A DNA stretch of 37,436 nt from the IMG/VR virus record IMGVR_UViG_3300020045_005078, positions 1-37,436 of that record; one strand, given 5' to 3'. The DNA comes from a virus. Lineage: Duplodnaviria > Caudoviricetes. Shown piece by piece: positions 1-9,045 of the stretch. Below the pieces are notes generated by a model that did not search any database, had not been told where the DNA came from, and saw only the letters and a program-made list of their open reading frames with translations. The stretch's first letter is position 1, and each line of letters opens with the position of its first letter. A program made the translations under genes and the position numbers.

Positions 1-721
1 GGTAAACAACGCCATCCAGATGCATCATGATCGCATTCGGTTCTTTGGAGTGATTGGTATAGCGCCCCGCTGGCGTCCGCTTGCCACCAATCAAAGTGGG
101 CGCGATAACTTCTTGCGGGCCAAAGTTGCCGGTAGCAAAAAGCCCCTTGCCCTCGATCTGCGAGGGCGCAATCATCACCTTATATTCGCCAAACGGGAAA
201 GGCACCTGATCCTTTTCGTTCTCCGACATAGCGCGGACTTCATCAGGGCTAAAGCCAAACTGCTCAATAGCCGCCAAAAAGTCTTCCAAATCTGCTGTAT
301 GATCTTCCGTCAAAAGCGGCTGCGATTTGAACGTGGGGCTAGGCTCGAACAGTTCGCGCTCTAGCGTGGCCACATCTGTTTCGGTGGTGGCGTAGATGTT
401 CTGCCAAATCATATCTTCCAGAACATAGCCAAACTTTCGCCCAGCCGGTGCCACAAAGCAAGCGGGGGCGTCTAAGCGCTCTTGCCTGCCATCCTCGGCA
501 AACATCATCACAGCGCCCTTAATCATGCTATTAAGATGCGGGCCTTTGTGCGCATGGCTGATAAGGTAAGCGCCAGCCTTGACCGACAATTCGCGGATGT
601 AAATACCCGGCCCGAACCGATGCGTAACCTCGGCTTCCACCTGATCGACAGCCAGCATCGCGCCCTCTAGGCGTTCAATATCGGCGGGGGTGAATGTCTT
701 GGGAAGGGTTACAGCGCGCAT
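1..721 (-). CDS. Cupin-like domain fused to SET domain (putative protein lysine methyltransferase); 3' end truncated by window edge
   Basis: Hand translation from ATG at 721 (GAGG upstream) is open for 240 codons to the edge. N-terminal THRFGPGIYIREL..HAHKGPH is cupin-like. C-terminal SQIEGKGLFAT (G191-K-G193) and GRYTNHSKEPNA (N223-H-S) match SET motifs. Not in the ORF track. Confidence 0.85.
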   Translation of the reverse strand, partial: MRAVTLPKTFTPADIERLEGAMLAVDQVEAEVTHRFGPGIYIRELSVKAGAYLISHAHKGPHLNSMIKGAVMMFAEDGRQERLDAPACFVAPAGRKFGYVLEDMIWQNIYATTETDVATLERELFEPSPTFKSQPLLTEDHTADLEDFLAAIEQFGFSPDEVRAMSENEKDQVPFPFGEYKVMIAPSQIEGKGLFATGNFGPQEVIAPTLIGGKRTPAGRYTNHSKEPNAIMMHLDGVVY

Positions 722-775
722 TCCATGCCTCTTGGCTGAAATGGGCTACCGGCGGCCCTATTGCGCGGTGGTGAC

Positions 776-804
776 ACACTATACTAAACGCGCAATAGGT
801 GCAA
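776..804 (-). promoter_or_regulatory. Sigma70-like promoter upstream of the cupin-SET gene
   Basis: TTGCAC-N17-TAGTGT in the intergenic gap. Confidence 0.55.
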
Positions 805-817
805 GTGTTGCGGTCGC

Positions 818-1153
818 CTAGCTAATCACCCGCCCCGATGCCCGAATATTAATCGCGGTGGCCGTGCCTGCGATAGTGCTGATAAAGCCACCAACAGCAA
901 GAACTTGGCCGATCAATTCGGGGAACGTGTAGGTCTCGCCCGCTTGTAGGGTTTTGGTTTTGACAATCAGATTGTCATTGCCAGCCGCCCCGCCGCTAGT
1001 CACGAGGTTAACCGACAGGGTTGCAGCCGTGCCAGAATAATTGGTGGCCGTGAACTTGTCGATGATCGTAACGACATTGGTGGATGTGTATTGCGTGGTC
1101 TGCGAGTTTTCCGCAATCTTGGCGGCGATAAGAACCGTGTTGGTCGTGGCCAT
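818..1153 (-). CDS. Small virion-associated protein (111 aa)
   Basis: MATTNTVLIAAK start with AAGGA upstream; Thr/Ala-rich, beta-strand-like; lies in the tail module after the needle gene. Confidence 0.7.
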   Translation of the reverse strand: MATTNTVLIAAKIAENSQTTQYTSTNVVTIIDKFTATNYSGTAATLSVNLVTSGGAAGNDNLIVKTKTLQAGETYTFPELIGQVLAVGGFISTIAGTATAINIRASGRVIS

Positions 1154-1155
1154 GA

Positions 1156-1914
1156 TTAGTTTCCTTTGCTGATCTGAGTAATAACACAATTCGCGCTCGC
1201 GCCAGATGGGGCAAACGCGCTAGACGCATCAGGGGCAAGCTCTATGCCAGTGTTATTAACGGCCCACATGACTTCCACATACCCGTTCGCAGCCAATTCA
1301 ACTAAATGCTGCCCGCCAATAGAATGTTCTGTGCCATTACCGGAAATCATAAAATGCTGATTAGAACAAGGTACATCAACCCCATTAACTCTGATCCATG
1401 TCCATGCGCTATGCGTTCCACCAGTTGTTTCATGAAAGTGAATGGAATAACTAAACGAAAATAACCCAGAACGATCAACGGTCACTTGGCTATTCGATAC
1501 AATCGAAACGCCAATTGCTAGATAGGTTGCATTGAATGTCGCTGCGTAGGCCGTACTCGTTGCGCCTGCCGTCTGTGTTGCATCGCTATAGAATGAACCA
1601 TAGCGCGCAAGGTCTAGCGGAGGCGATGCCACAGGAGCGCCCTCTAAAGCACTCAGACGGCCTTCAATCGCGCTCAAATCAGGCGCAACAGGCAAGCGCG
1701 AGAACAAGTCCCGCAACTCAGCTATCACGGCCTCATTCATGGTGGATTGCGCAAGAGAACTGCCAATCGCGCTATCTATGTCGTTCACCAAGCCAGAATT
1801 GAGGTTTTCCTCAACCAGCAAGATTAGCCGCTCGAACTGCTTGATTTCCTCATGGCTTTTGAGAAATGATGCAAGCTGGTCGCGGGTGAGTTTCAGTTTA
1901 TTGGCCATTACCAA
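1156..1914 (-). CDS. Tail needle-like protein (P22 gp26 position) with C-terminal C1q/BclA-like knob
   Basis: Follows gp10; helical N-terminal half, then YGSFY..ATFN..VTVDRSGLFSFSYSIHF jelly-roll pattern. Confidence 0.6.
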   Translation of the reverse strand: MVMANKLKLTRDQLASFLKSHEEIKQFERLILLVEENLNSGLVNDIDSAIGSSLAQSTMNEAVIAELRDLFSRLPVAPDLSAIEGRLSALEGAPVASPPLDLARYGSFYSDATQTAGATSTAYAATFNATYLAIGVSIVSNSQVTVDRSGLFSFSYSIHFHETTGGTHSAWTWIRVNGVDVPCSNQHFMISGNGTEHSIGGQHLVELAANGYVEVMWAVNNTGIELAPDASSAFAPSGASANCVITQISKGN

Positions 1915-3314
1915 GCCAGCGGCTCTAGCCGCGCCTCCAACCTTGCAAACGACATATAGGCATCACTCGTGCCAGAGAACCGCTGGATGCGCCAATTCCG
2001 CATTGATCCCTGTTGCAGCCACACAAGCCGCTTCTGGCGCTGCCCAAGCGTACCCGCGCGGATTGCCTTAGGCGTTGACCACTCCACCCCGTCAAGGCTG
2101 TAGCTGGTCTCGATAAAGGGATTGTCACCAAAGCCAACGCGGCCCACCAAGCCCACCAGTTCCAATTCGTGAAATAGCGCGCCCGTGCTGGCGTTGTAGG
2201 TGATGCCGGTGGAAAACTCCCAGCGCGTGATATTGCCGTAATGGCTGGAAATGGTCTGCACCAATTCCCCAACCGCGTTGCTGTCAGGGTCGCCCGCAAG
2301 CCACTTGTCATAGCACCACACAAGCCCCCGCGCACGATAGCGCTCAAAGCCATCTAGCGCGCTGGTAAGGATAAACCAGACAGGCTCGCTCGTGGCTTGG
2401 CTTGCCGCCGCGTCATATACTAGCGTCCGGTCTGGCAGATGCACATAAAGCAGTTGGCTACTCTTGTCGTTCCGCGCCTCAAGAAACGCCGTGGCCAGTT
2501 CCGCTTCGGGATAGCCCATCAACACAGTGTCAATCTCTTGTGTGCTGATCTTGGTGGCCGTGGCATTGCCGCCGATGTAGATCGCGGGGGCCTCGTTAAA
2601 CCCGCTGCCAAGAAACGCGATGGCCTCTAGGTAGATGCAGCAAGCATCCTTACCAATGCATCCCTTTTCGATCTGCGCCCCTTCTACACGCTGGAAAGGG
2701 AAAAGCGTCCCGCCGATGTTGTCGAAAATCTCGATGGTGTTGCGGTTAAGCGCCGCCACCTCGTTGCGAATTTTCAGGATGGCAACGATAGGATCTGGAT
2801 CAGCCTCCGCGCTGCCATACTTAAGCGGATTAACCTCCATTGGGTCATCCAGTTCCGTCACCACCAGATAGGTGCCATCCGTGGTCATGTAATAGCCATC
2901 AACCCAAAGCACATCATTGACAGCGCCTAGGTCTGAATCTGTCACTTGAACGAGGGTCGCGCCATCATAGTAAAACAGACTGCCATTGGACGCGATAGCC
3001 AGCCGGTCAAAGCCATAATCAAGCGTTGCCGGTGTGCCATCATCACCTACATCGCCAATGACGTTAACCGCCCCGCCAGCCGATACGCTCACCAGCTTAG
3101 AACCCATCACGCGGTAAAGGGTGCCGCGCCAGTTAATCCCACCCCGATCATTGCCTGTGCCACTCGCAAACGCAACAATGCCATCAGCGGGCCTTAGATA
3201 GCCGTTGCTAATGCCTTGCTGCTTTGGAACAGGGATAAGGTTGACAGGATAGGCCGTGCGAAAGTCGGAACCCGCATCAGTGTAAACCCCGTTTAGGATT
3301 GGGATTTGCACCAT
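1908..3314 (-). CDS. P22 gp10-like packaged-DNA stabilisation / tail hub protein
   Basis: 468 aa; YPVNL, GYLR, DGYY, SAEADPD motifs; synteny after gp4. Confidence 0.88.
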   Translation of the reverse strand: MVQIPILNGVYTDAGSDFRTAYPVNLIPVPKQQGISNGYLRPADGIVAFASGTGNDRGGINWRGTLYRVMGSKLVSVSAGGAVNVIGDVGDDGTPATLDYGFDRLAIASNGSLFYYDGATLVQVTDSDLGAVNDVLWVDGYYMTTDGTYLVVTELDDPMEVNPLKYGSAEADPDPIVAILKIRNEVAALNRNTIEIFDNIGGTLFPFQRVEGAQIEKGCIGKDACCIYLEAIAFLGSGFNEAPAIYIGGNATATKISTQEIDTVLMGYPEAELATAFLEARNDKSSQLLYVHLPDRTLVYDAAASQATSEPVWFILTSALDGFERYRARGLVWCYDKWLAGDPDSNAVGELVQTISSHYGNITRWEFSTGITYNASTGALFHELELVGLVGRVGFGDNPFIETSYSLDGVEWSTPKAIRAGTLGQRQKRLVWLQQGSMRNWRIQRFSGTSDAYMSFARLEARLEPLAW

Positions 3315-3652
3315 TAGCCAATGCGCCAGACCGAGCCATCGGAAAACACCGGCACAATATTTGATCCGCCACCAGTCACAGAAGCGTTAAACGTGGTGCC
3401 GGTCGCATCGGTGACAGTCGCCCGCGCCCCAGCGCCTGCCGTGGCCGCAGAGGGAAGGGAAGCCACCGCCACGGCAGACACCTTAACGTAGCTGCTCAAA
3501 GTCAGCGACGAAAACGAAGAAGAGAGAAATTCCACAAGCGTGGTAAGCGAGAACTTGCGCGCATCACCCTGTGAAGCTGCATAGACGGGAACCTGATCGC
3601 CAGCGCTCAGCGAGGTTACGGCGGAAAGCTGGTTAATCGCGGTCATCGTCAA
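3314..3652 (-). CDS. Virion accessory protein, Ser/Ala-rich
   Basis: Coupled ORF between gp4 and gp10; ends VPVFSDGSVWRIG like small tail-associated beta domains. Confidence 0.65.
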   Translation of the reverse strand: MTMTAINQLSAVTSLSAGDQVPVYAASQGDARKFSLTTLVEFLSSSFSSLTLSSYVKVSAVAVASLPSAATAGAGARATVTDATGTTFNASVTGGGSNIVPVFSDGSVWRIG

Positions 3653-4122
3653 AACTCCAGATTGCTATTGCCGCCAATGGTCACGCTGTCCACCGGCCCA
3701 TACGTAAACGCATCATCATAGCGCCATGGCTTATTGCCAGCGCCCGCAGGCATGACAGGCAATTGCATGGGAATGGGCTTGGAGAACGCCAGAAGCATCG
3801 CCTCATAAGCCGAACGCGCCGTGGTTTTTGTCTCAGGCAATGGCGATTTGCCAAACATCGGCGCAATGCGAATAGCAAGGTTAGTCGTGATAGCCTCGTT
3901 AGCCATATCCGGCACATTGCTTGCCGCGTCTAGGTCGATGTCATCAGGGTTGCCGTAAAGCGTTGCCCCAAGATAAATGCCCTTGGTATTCCATTCCGCC
4001 AGCATTGCGTTCATGCGCTTAGCCGCCGATGCCAATTGCTCCGGCTGCAAATCGAAAACATAGGACGCAAGCCCAATCTCTTCGAGAGCCGAGGTCACAA
4101 ACTGGCGGATGGTGTAGCTCAT
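3649..4122 (-). CDS. P22 gp4-like head-to-tail adaptor
   Basis: 157 aa; MNAMLAEW, NLAIRIAPMFG, MPAGAGN motifs; position after coat. Confidence 0.85.
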   Translation of the reverse strand: MSYTIRQFVTSALEEIGLASYVFDLQPEQLASAAKRMNAMLAEWNTKGIYLGATLYGNPDDIDLDAASNVPDMANEAITTNLAIRIAPMFGKSPLPETKTTARSAYEAMLLAFSKPIPMQLPVMPAGAGNKPWRYDDAFTYGPVDSVTIGGNSNLEF

Positions 4123-4406
4123 TCCTCAGCCGCCTTCGCAGCCGCCACTTTGTCAGCCAAAACAGCCGTGGGCGTTTTCCAGTTGAACGACACGCCCAAA
4201 GCGCGGGCCTTAGCCTCAAGCGCCTTTCGATCTGGATCAGCATCCTTGGTGGCCTTGCCTTCCTTGGCGTCCATCATGGTCGGAAACCATCCAGCGGCAA
4301 TAAGCGCATCGAATGCTTCCTTGTCGTCCGCGCCCTTATAGTCATAGGTGCAGCCGTTGCCGACATGCCGCCCCGGAACGCGATAAACAATTGTGGGGTA
4401 TTCCAT
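4119..4406 (-). CDS. Hypothetical protein with C-terminal HeH-like helix pair
   Basis: MEYPTIVY start overlapping the upstream stop; RKALEAKARALGVSFNWKT..VLADKV. Confidence 0.7.
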   Translation of the reverse strand: MEYPTIVYRVPGRHVGNGCTYDYKGADDKEAFDALIAAGWFPTMMDAKEGKATKDADPDRKALEAKARALGVSFNWKTPTAVLADKVAAAKAAEE

Positions 4407-4576
4407 CACTTCTTCTTCCCTTTACCCGCCACACTCAAAGCAATTGCAATCGCCTGCTTTACACCCTTAGCCTTAAGCGCTTTCTTTGGCCCCTTTGGGT
4501 TGATCCCAGCGGAAAGCGTACCGCGCTTAAATTCACCCATAACCTTGGCGATCTTTTCCGATTGCTTCTTAGCCAT
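4406..4576 (-). CDS. Small Lys-rich protein, DUF6496-like (56 aa)
   Basis: Hand translation MAKKQSEKIAKVMGEFKRGTLSAG...KQAIAIALSVAGKGKKK; 15 Lys; below the ORF track cutoff. Confidence 0.8.
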   Translation of the reverse strand: MAKKQSEKIAKVMGEFKRGTLSAGINPKGPKKALKAKGVKQAIAIALSVAGKGKKK

Positions 4577-4589
4577 AAACCCAACCCTT

Positions 4590-4618
4590 AAAAATGGGGC
4601 CAGCCGAAGCCAGCCCCA
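4590..4618 (-). terminator. Rho-independent terminator after the coat gene
   Basis: TGGGGCTGGC-TTCG-GCTGGCCCCA-TTTTT on the minus strand. Confidence 0.85.
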
Positions 4619-4624
4619 CCCCCG

Positions 4625-5887
4625 TTAAGGCACCTGATTAAACAGGATGATCCCGTTCATTTCAGGGTTGGTGTTCACCACACCATAGAGCACGTCAAGC
4701 GTGTAAAGGGTGGTGAAGGTCGAGTTGTCGAACTTCTTGCCCATCACCACTTCAAGGCCCTGATCCGTGGTGCCGCGCATGATATCAACGCCCTGATTGT
4801 CAGGAACGGCATAGCGGCCAGGCAACAGTTCGATGCTGTCATAGCGCCAGAACGGGTTAGCGCCTGCGCTGTCGGCATTGAGCCAAGTCACAGCAGCCGT
4901 TGCCGAGGTCGATGCAACGTTGATATTCTTGTATGCGGTTTCCGGCGCGGTCGGCGACGAGTTTGCGCCGATCATGGGCGGGCTGATTACCATAGTCGTG
5001 CCGCTGGCCACCGAGATAACGCGGAACGTCTTAAGCTGCCCCGTGCTTTCCTTGGTGATGTGATGAACAGCCTCAATGCCAGCAATCGTGAAGCAATCGC
5101 CAGCCGCAACATTGGTCGTGCTGGAAACAGTCACAGTCTGATAGCGGTTATCAACGTTGTTGCCGTTGGCGTCCACGTTGTCAGGCACATAGCGAACCTG
5201 CGCGCCGTTGGTGGCGATGGTGATCGAACCGCCGCCAGCCGCAGCCGTGATACGCTTGCCAGCATCGATCTTGTAGGTATCAAAACCAGCGATGGGGCCG
5301 ACATAGGAACGCTCATAAGCCGAGGTCGGCTTGCCGGTCATGGTCTGGCGGCTTGCCAGATTGCCAGCGAGGCCGTTGTAGTCGCGGGTAGTGATCGCCA
5401 AATAGCGGTCGCCTTCCGCAATGCCCTGCTCGTTCATCATGCTTTCAGCAAGCGCAATGTCGTCATAGTCGCCAGCAGCCGTGCTGATCGGCACAACGAG
5501 GGTGCCTTGCAGCGACACAACATCGCGAACCTTGGTGTTGATATCCGAAGCCAAGCGCTGATAAGCGGCCTTGCCAAGGCGGTCTTCCTGCAACGCATCG
5601 CGCAGTTCCAGAGCATTCATGTTCCACGAGACGTTCTTCTTTTCGGTCAAACGCGAGGGAACGGAAAGCTGGGTCACATCCTGCGGGGTGACAGCCGAGC
5701 CAATGGTGCGGTCTTGGCTGTTGAGGATGTAGGGCGAGGGACGCCAGATGGTGTCGTTCGCGCGCTCCATCAGTTCGCCATTGGTGCCGAACTTCGCCAC
5801 ATTGCGCGAGATGACCATAGCATCCTGAAAGCCTTCGAGAATTTGCTCGAATGCAACGCGCTCTTCTTTACTGAAATTGTTAGCCAT
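4625..5887 (-). CDS. Major capsid protein, P22 gp5 family
   Basis: 420 aa; MANNFSKEERVAFE..DTIWRP..AGDCFTIAG..NPEMNGI; AGGAGG SD; follows scaffold. Confidence 0.93.
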   Translation of the reverse strand: MANNFSKEERVAFEQILEGFQDAMVISRNVAKFGTNGELMERANDTIWRPSPYILNSQDRTIGSAVTPQDVTQLSVPSRLTEKKNVSWNMNALELRDALQEDRLGKAAYQRLASDINTKVRDVVSLQGTLVVPISTAAGDYDDIALAESMMNEQGIAEGDRYLAITTRDYNGLAGNLASRQTMTGKPTSAYERSYVGPIAGFDTYKIDAGKRITAAAGGGSITIATNGAQVRYVPDNVDANGNNVDNRYQTVTVSSTTNVAAGDCFTIAGIEAVHHITKESTGQLKTFRVISVASGTTMVISPPMIGANSSPTAPETAYKNINVASTSATAAVTWLNADSAGANPFWRYDSIELLPGRYAVPDNQGVDIMRGTTDQGLEVVMGKKFDNSTFTTLYTLDVLYGVVNTNPEMNGIILFNQVP

Positions 5888-6008
5888 GATGGCCTCCTGA
5901 AATGGAATGAGTTGAGAGGCTTCTGCCTCGATCTACTCACCCATTTAGAGCCGGGTGGCGGGCTACTGATCTGCCTGTTTATAGACTGGCGAGGTCATGT
6001 TGTGGGGG

Positions 6009-6037
6009 ACATTAACACGATAACGCCCCCCATACAA
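6009..6037 (-). promoter_or_regulatory. Sigma70-like promoter for the coat gene
   Basis: TTGTAT-N17-TAATGT with a TGn extension. Confidence 0.55.
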
Positions 6038-6045
6038 GTTAGGGC

Positions 6046-6918
6046 TTATTTACCACGCATCTGCCGCTTGTAAGCCATCACCTTGTCAAAGTTTCCGGTG
6101 CGGGCGGCTTCCTCGCGCAGTTCCTCTAGGCGCTTGTCAGATGACACGCCAAGGCCAGTCGATCCAGACACACGCTTTTCAGGGGCGGCAGCAGGCTTGC
6201 GTTTTTCCACTTTCAAATCCTTTTCAATCTGAGCCAGTCGCCAAGTGAACTGCATTGGCTCCTTGATCGCCGCCAATTCAGCAAGCACCTTTGGATTTTT
6301 GCCCAGAGCGTATTCCAGCAAAACGGGGTCTTTCGCGTTGTAGACCATGATACCATGCTGGGTTTGGTCAAACGCCGATTGCACGCTTTCCTCTGCGTCC
6401 ACATAGTCAGGCGCGCGGATGGCCTTCTTGCCCTCGTTGTAGGTCGTCAACCGCCCCTGCCATCGTTCATCAGCCTCTTGCTGCTGGCGCTTGGCGGCTT
6501 GCTGCTTTTCTTCGTGCTTGGCCTTCTGCGCCAGCCAGCCCTCTAGGCGTTCTGCAAACAGTTCTTCATCGCCATCAATGTCATCATCCATGATGGACGG
6601 CTTAGGCGGCAGGGCCTGCTCCTGTGGGGCTGGAGCGACCTTGGCGCGCAGTTCCTTCAGTTCGCGCTCTGCTTCCCGCAGCCGCTTTCGCCGATCCTCA
6701 GCAGTCTCGCGCAGCTTCTTAGCCCATGACGGGGCCTTCTCTGGCAATGGTTCATCATCAGCCTCTTCGCCGTCAGCCTCGCTAGGCTCAGGCTCAAAGC
6801 CGTCAATGGTAACGGCGATTACGCCGTCATCATCAGCTTCCTGTTCTTGTCCTTCGTCAAGCACAGGCTCTTGCGCTTCGATCTGGCCGTCTGCTTCCGT
6901 GTCGATATTCATTCCCAT
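6046..6918 (-). CDS. Scaffolding protein
   Basis: Acidic coiled-coil protein between portal and coat; basic C-terminal helix KVMAYKRQMRGK. Confidence 0.85.
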   Translation of the reverse strand: MGMNIDTEADGQIEAQEPVLDEGQEQEADDDGVIAVTIDGFEPEPSEADGEEADDEPLPEKAPSWAKKLRETAEDRRKRLREAERELKELRAKVAPAPQEQALPPKPSIMDDDIDGDEELFAERLEGWLAQKAKHEEKQQAAKRQQQEADERWQGRLTTYNEGKKAIRAPDYVDAEESVQSAFDQTQHGIMVYNAKDPVLLEYALGKNPKVLAELAAIKEPMQFTWRLAQIEKDLKVEKRKPAAAPEKRVSGSTGLGVSSDKRLEELREEAARTGNFDKVMAYKRQMRGK

Positions 6919-6934
6919 TCCCCTTACTCGCCCA

Positions 6935-8974
6935 TTACGCAGCGGGCGGCGACTGCTTGCCTAGTTCCACCATGGTTTTCATGGTTTCAGCGTTGGTTTG
7001 ATCAACCTTGGCGCGGGTCAATTCGGTGTCGGCAATAGCCTTTTCACCTAGCGCCGCCTCCTTGGCCGATGCTGCCATCAAATACTGCTGTTGCGCGTCT
7101 GGCTTAGCCGATGCCTCTTGCGCAGCCTGCATTTCCTTGGCCTCGTCGTCGCTAGGCTCAATCACGCCCATCGTTACAAGCTTCTTGCGGTAATACTGCT
7201 TAATCTCGCCAAGGCCCTCAGCTTCCATATTCATGATCGCCATGGCCGATAGGATAGCCGCGTCCGTTGGGTCGGTCGTCATCTGTAACAGGCCTGTGAT
7301 CGCCCGCACTTGGGCTTGGCGCTTGCTGCTAAACGATGGTCCAACATCCACATTCACGTCAAAGTCTGCCTTGGTCAGATCATTGCGGAACGCCTGAACG
7401 CCATTCTCTTCCATGTAAGGCTCCGAAAGCGTCACCGCCTCCACGTTGCCCATCTCGCCAAGGCCCTTCATCTTGCGGCCTTCTTCGACGTAAATTTCTT
7501 TAGCCATCGACAGCCACACCCGCCCGCAATGCTGCATCGCTTTGGCGCGGTTGCTCATGTAGATATACGCCTGCATGTCGACGCGGCTTTGGATCAATTC
7601 CACCGCCTTGCCGGACATATTCGGCTGCATCACATCGGCTTGCTGATTGTTGCCGAGGATCTCCGCCATATCCGTTTCGGTCAACTGCAACAGCGCAGCC
7701 ATCGCAGGCGGGATCATCGGCGGGCGCGTGTAAGCAACAGGGCCAGAGGGGACGGGATTGCCGCTCGCGTCAGTCACCTTATTGACCAGCAAATAAGGAT
7801 TATTCTCGATATTGTCCCGCGCCCAAAGCAACTGATGCCCTGCCATTTGCTCCGGCGTAAAGATCGGCTTTTCAACGCTAGACAGCGCGGCGATCTCTGC
7901 AAGCTTCGATACCTGCATATTCTTCATGCGCTGCGGGTCTTTCGCCATCCGCACAGCGCCCATAAAGCGCTCGATGTTATCAACAAACCAACGCTTGCCG
8001 TAAACCGGAATGACAGGAATGAACTTGCCCGCGATATAGCCGCAATCCTCAAGGACTCCGCCACCGCTCATAATATACTTGCGAACCTTGCGGCGCTTAA
8101 CGCGCTTATCCCGCAGTTTAATCGTGCCTTCATCAGCCAGCATCGCAATGCCAGCTTCTATGCTACCTTCTACTTCGGCCTCGCCTTCGCCGCTTTCCGC
8201 CATATCCTCAAGTTCATCATCGGTATAGCGCACCTCGCCACCAGCCGCCTTGCGGAATATGTGGATGGTTTCTTTGGCCTCTTCGACCTTGTAGTATTCC
8301 GCCACATAGACAACATCAGGCGTTGACCAGTCGAACTGCGTCCCGCTGGCATCCTTAGGCCAAGTCGTAGGATCGTCTTTCCACTCAGCCTTGTAGGCGT
8401 CCTTGTCTACGCTGTAGAGCACCCAGCATTCGCGGGCGTCAGACTTGTCTTGCCTCTTGGCGTCAGCATCAAAGAACACCGATGTGTCGGCATCATAGAT
8501 TGGTTCCATGATGATACGCTGCCGGTCGTCCTCATCGTCGTATTCATCTTCATAGACAGTGCTAAGCCGCCATGCGCCAAAGCCGCCCGATACAGCCTCC
8601 TCCGTGGCGTTATCGTAGGCTTCCTGCGCGCCGCTGTCCTGCTCATCAGCCCGATACAGCGCATCGCACACATCGGCTAGGCGGTCGTCCGTGCTGCCAT
8701 CCTTGCTGGTAAAGTCAACGCTAATGCGGTTGTTCCGCATCTCGTTGATGATCCGCATCACCGCAAGCTGAGTTTTGTTAAACTCCAGACGCGGGCGGTT
8801 CTCAAACATCGTAAGGAAAGGGCCTTCCCAGCTTGCTCCGGGGATCGATACAAAGCGCCGATCTGACACCGCTTGCTGACGCTGCTCCCAGCAAGCATCG
8901 CGGGCGCGCTGGTATTGCTGCAATGCCTCGGTATGCACTCGCTGCAAACGTTGTGTTTTTGAAAGCGCCATCAA
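6935..8974 (-). CDS. Portal protein, P22-like
   Basis: 679 aa; GGFGAWR, IPVIPVYG, AKDPQR, DFDVNVDVGPS motifs; follows terL. Confidence 0.93.
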   Translation of the reverse strand: MMALSKTQRLQRVHTEALQQYQRARDACWEQRQQAVSDRRFVSIPGASWEGPFLTMFENRPRLEFNKTQLAVMRIINEMRNNRISVDFTSKDGSTDDRLADVCDALYRADEQDSGAQEAYDNATEEAVSGGFGAWRLSTVYEDEYDDEDDRQRIIMEPIYDADTSVFFDADAKRQDKSDARECWVLYSVDKDAYKAEWKDDPTTWPKDASGTQFDWSTPDVVYVAEYYKVEEAKETIHIFRKAAGGEVRYTDDELEDMAESGEGEAEVEGSIEAGIAMLADEGTIKLRDKRVKRRKVRKYIMSGGGVLEDCGYIAGKFIPVIPVYGKRWFVDNIERFMGAVRMAKDPQRMKNMQVSKLAEIAALSSVEKPIFTPEQMAGHQLLWARDNIENNPYLLVNKVTDASGNPVPSGPVAYTRPPMIPPAMAALLQLTETDMAEILGNNQQADVMQPNMSGKAVELIQSRVDMQAYIYMSNRAKAMQHCGRVWLSMAKEIYVEEGRKMKGLGEMGNVEAVTLSEPYMEENGVQAFRNDLTKADFDVNVDVGPSFSSKRQAQVRAITGLLQMTTDPTDAAILSAMAIMNMEAEGLGEIKQYYRKKLVTMGVIEPSDDEAKEMQAAQEASAKPDAQQQYLMAASAKEAALGEKAIADTELTRAKVDQTNAETMKTMVELGKQSPPAA

Positions 8975-9014
8975 ACCCTCGTGGCCCTACTGTCATCTCG
9001 ACGTTGGGCGAGTT

Positions 9015-9043
9015 AACCTAGCATAGCCTTTGCACTAGCGCAA
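9015..9043 (-). promoter_or_regulatory. Sigma70-like promoter for the portal operon
   Basis: TTGCGC-N17-TAGGTT with a TGn extension. Confidence 0.55.
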
Positions 9044-9045
9044 GT

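Noticed and set aside
20-670. Plus-strand ORFs 20..364 and 482..670 in the track
   Set aside because: Antisense shadows of the minus-strand cupin-SET gene; no motifs.
5060-8326. Long plus-strand ORFs 5060..6073 and 7310..8326
   Set aside because: Antisense to coat and portal; typical high-GC shadow frames.
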